A stretch of DNA of 64,000 bases, taken from Camelus ferus. Taxonomy: Eukaryota. Location of the stretch: assembly GCF_009834535.1 (NCBI RefSeq), contig NC_045700.1, forward strand, positions 80,662,001-80,726,000. The letters are read 5' to 3'. Positions 63,664 through 64,000 of this stretch are shown here, piece by piece (positions within the stretch are counted from its first letter, which is position 1; every line of letters starts with the position of its first letter). Below the pieces are notes generated by a model. It saw nothing but the letters and a program-made list of their open reading frames with translations. It searched no databases and was not told the origin of the DNA. The position numbers and the translations under genes are program-made.

Positions 63664-64000
63664 GTAAGGAGGGTATAGCCAAAGATTTATAGGGTGAGGC
63701 GTCTTACAGGTTGTTGACTTTAGCCAAAGCAAATATAACATGGTCCATGTCACTCACCACTGCCTAAATATGGACAGGGCCTTGGGAGTCTGAGTCCTAG
63801 GTTCTAATTCCAGATACTTTCCTGATTAATCAGGAAATGTGGGAACTTTCTTTTCTTTATGCCTCAGTTGTATATTAACTGAAAGGGAAAGAATCATCTC
63901 CATGCAAAAGGGAAGATTATTTGAGCTGAGAGTCACAGGTGAAAACCACTAAGGTAGATTTGGAAGGTAAAGTGGGAGGGCAGTCAGAGATGTGTGTGTA

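Overview
Mammalian genomic DNA, most likely a camelid: tRNA-Ala-derived SINEs are present, PLCD4 looks artiodactyl-like, and I saw no Alu, Bov-tA/BovB, PRE-1 or CHR-2 elements. The window holds the conserved syntenic block CNOT9/RQCD1 (last three exons, +), PLCD4 (complete, +), ZNF142 (complete CDS, -), BCS1L (complete, +), RNF25 (complete, -) and STK36 (first eight coding exons, +). I traced exons by hand from GT-AG boundaries, and every spliced frame is open. Three N gaps are present, one hiding the CNOT9 C-terminus. No prokaryotic-type system (CRISPR, IS, operon) is present. The most interesting observations are: (1) upstream AUGs in the BCS1L 5' leader whose effect would flip with the choice of 3' splice acceptor; (2) a 600-nt ZNF142 exon that is an internal paralog of a four-finger module in a downstream exon; (3) a PLCD4 exon-5 acceptor apparently shifted 6 nt, adding Pro-Gly; (4) an intact Cys-rich 96-nt PLCD4 cassette exon just downstream of an AT-rich palindrome; (5) an RFX X-box, uORFs and a G-rich minisatellite at the RNF25/STK36 bidirectional promoter. 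All comparisons with human, mouse or cattle sequences, and all repeat family names, come from recall and need alignment to confirm.
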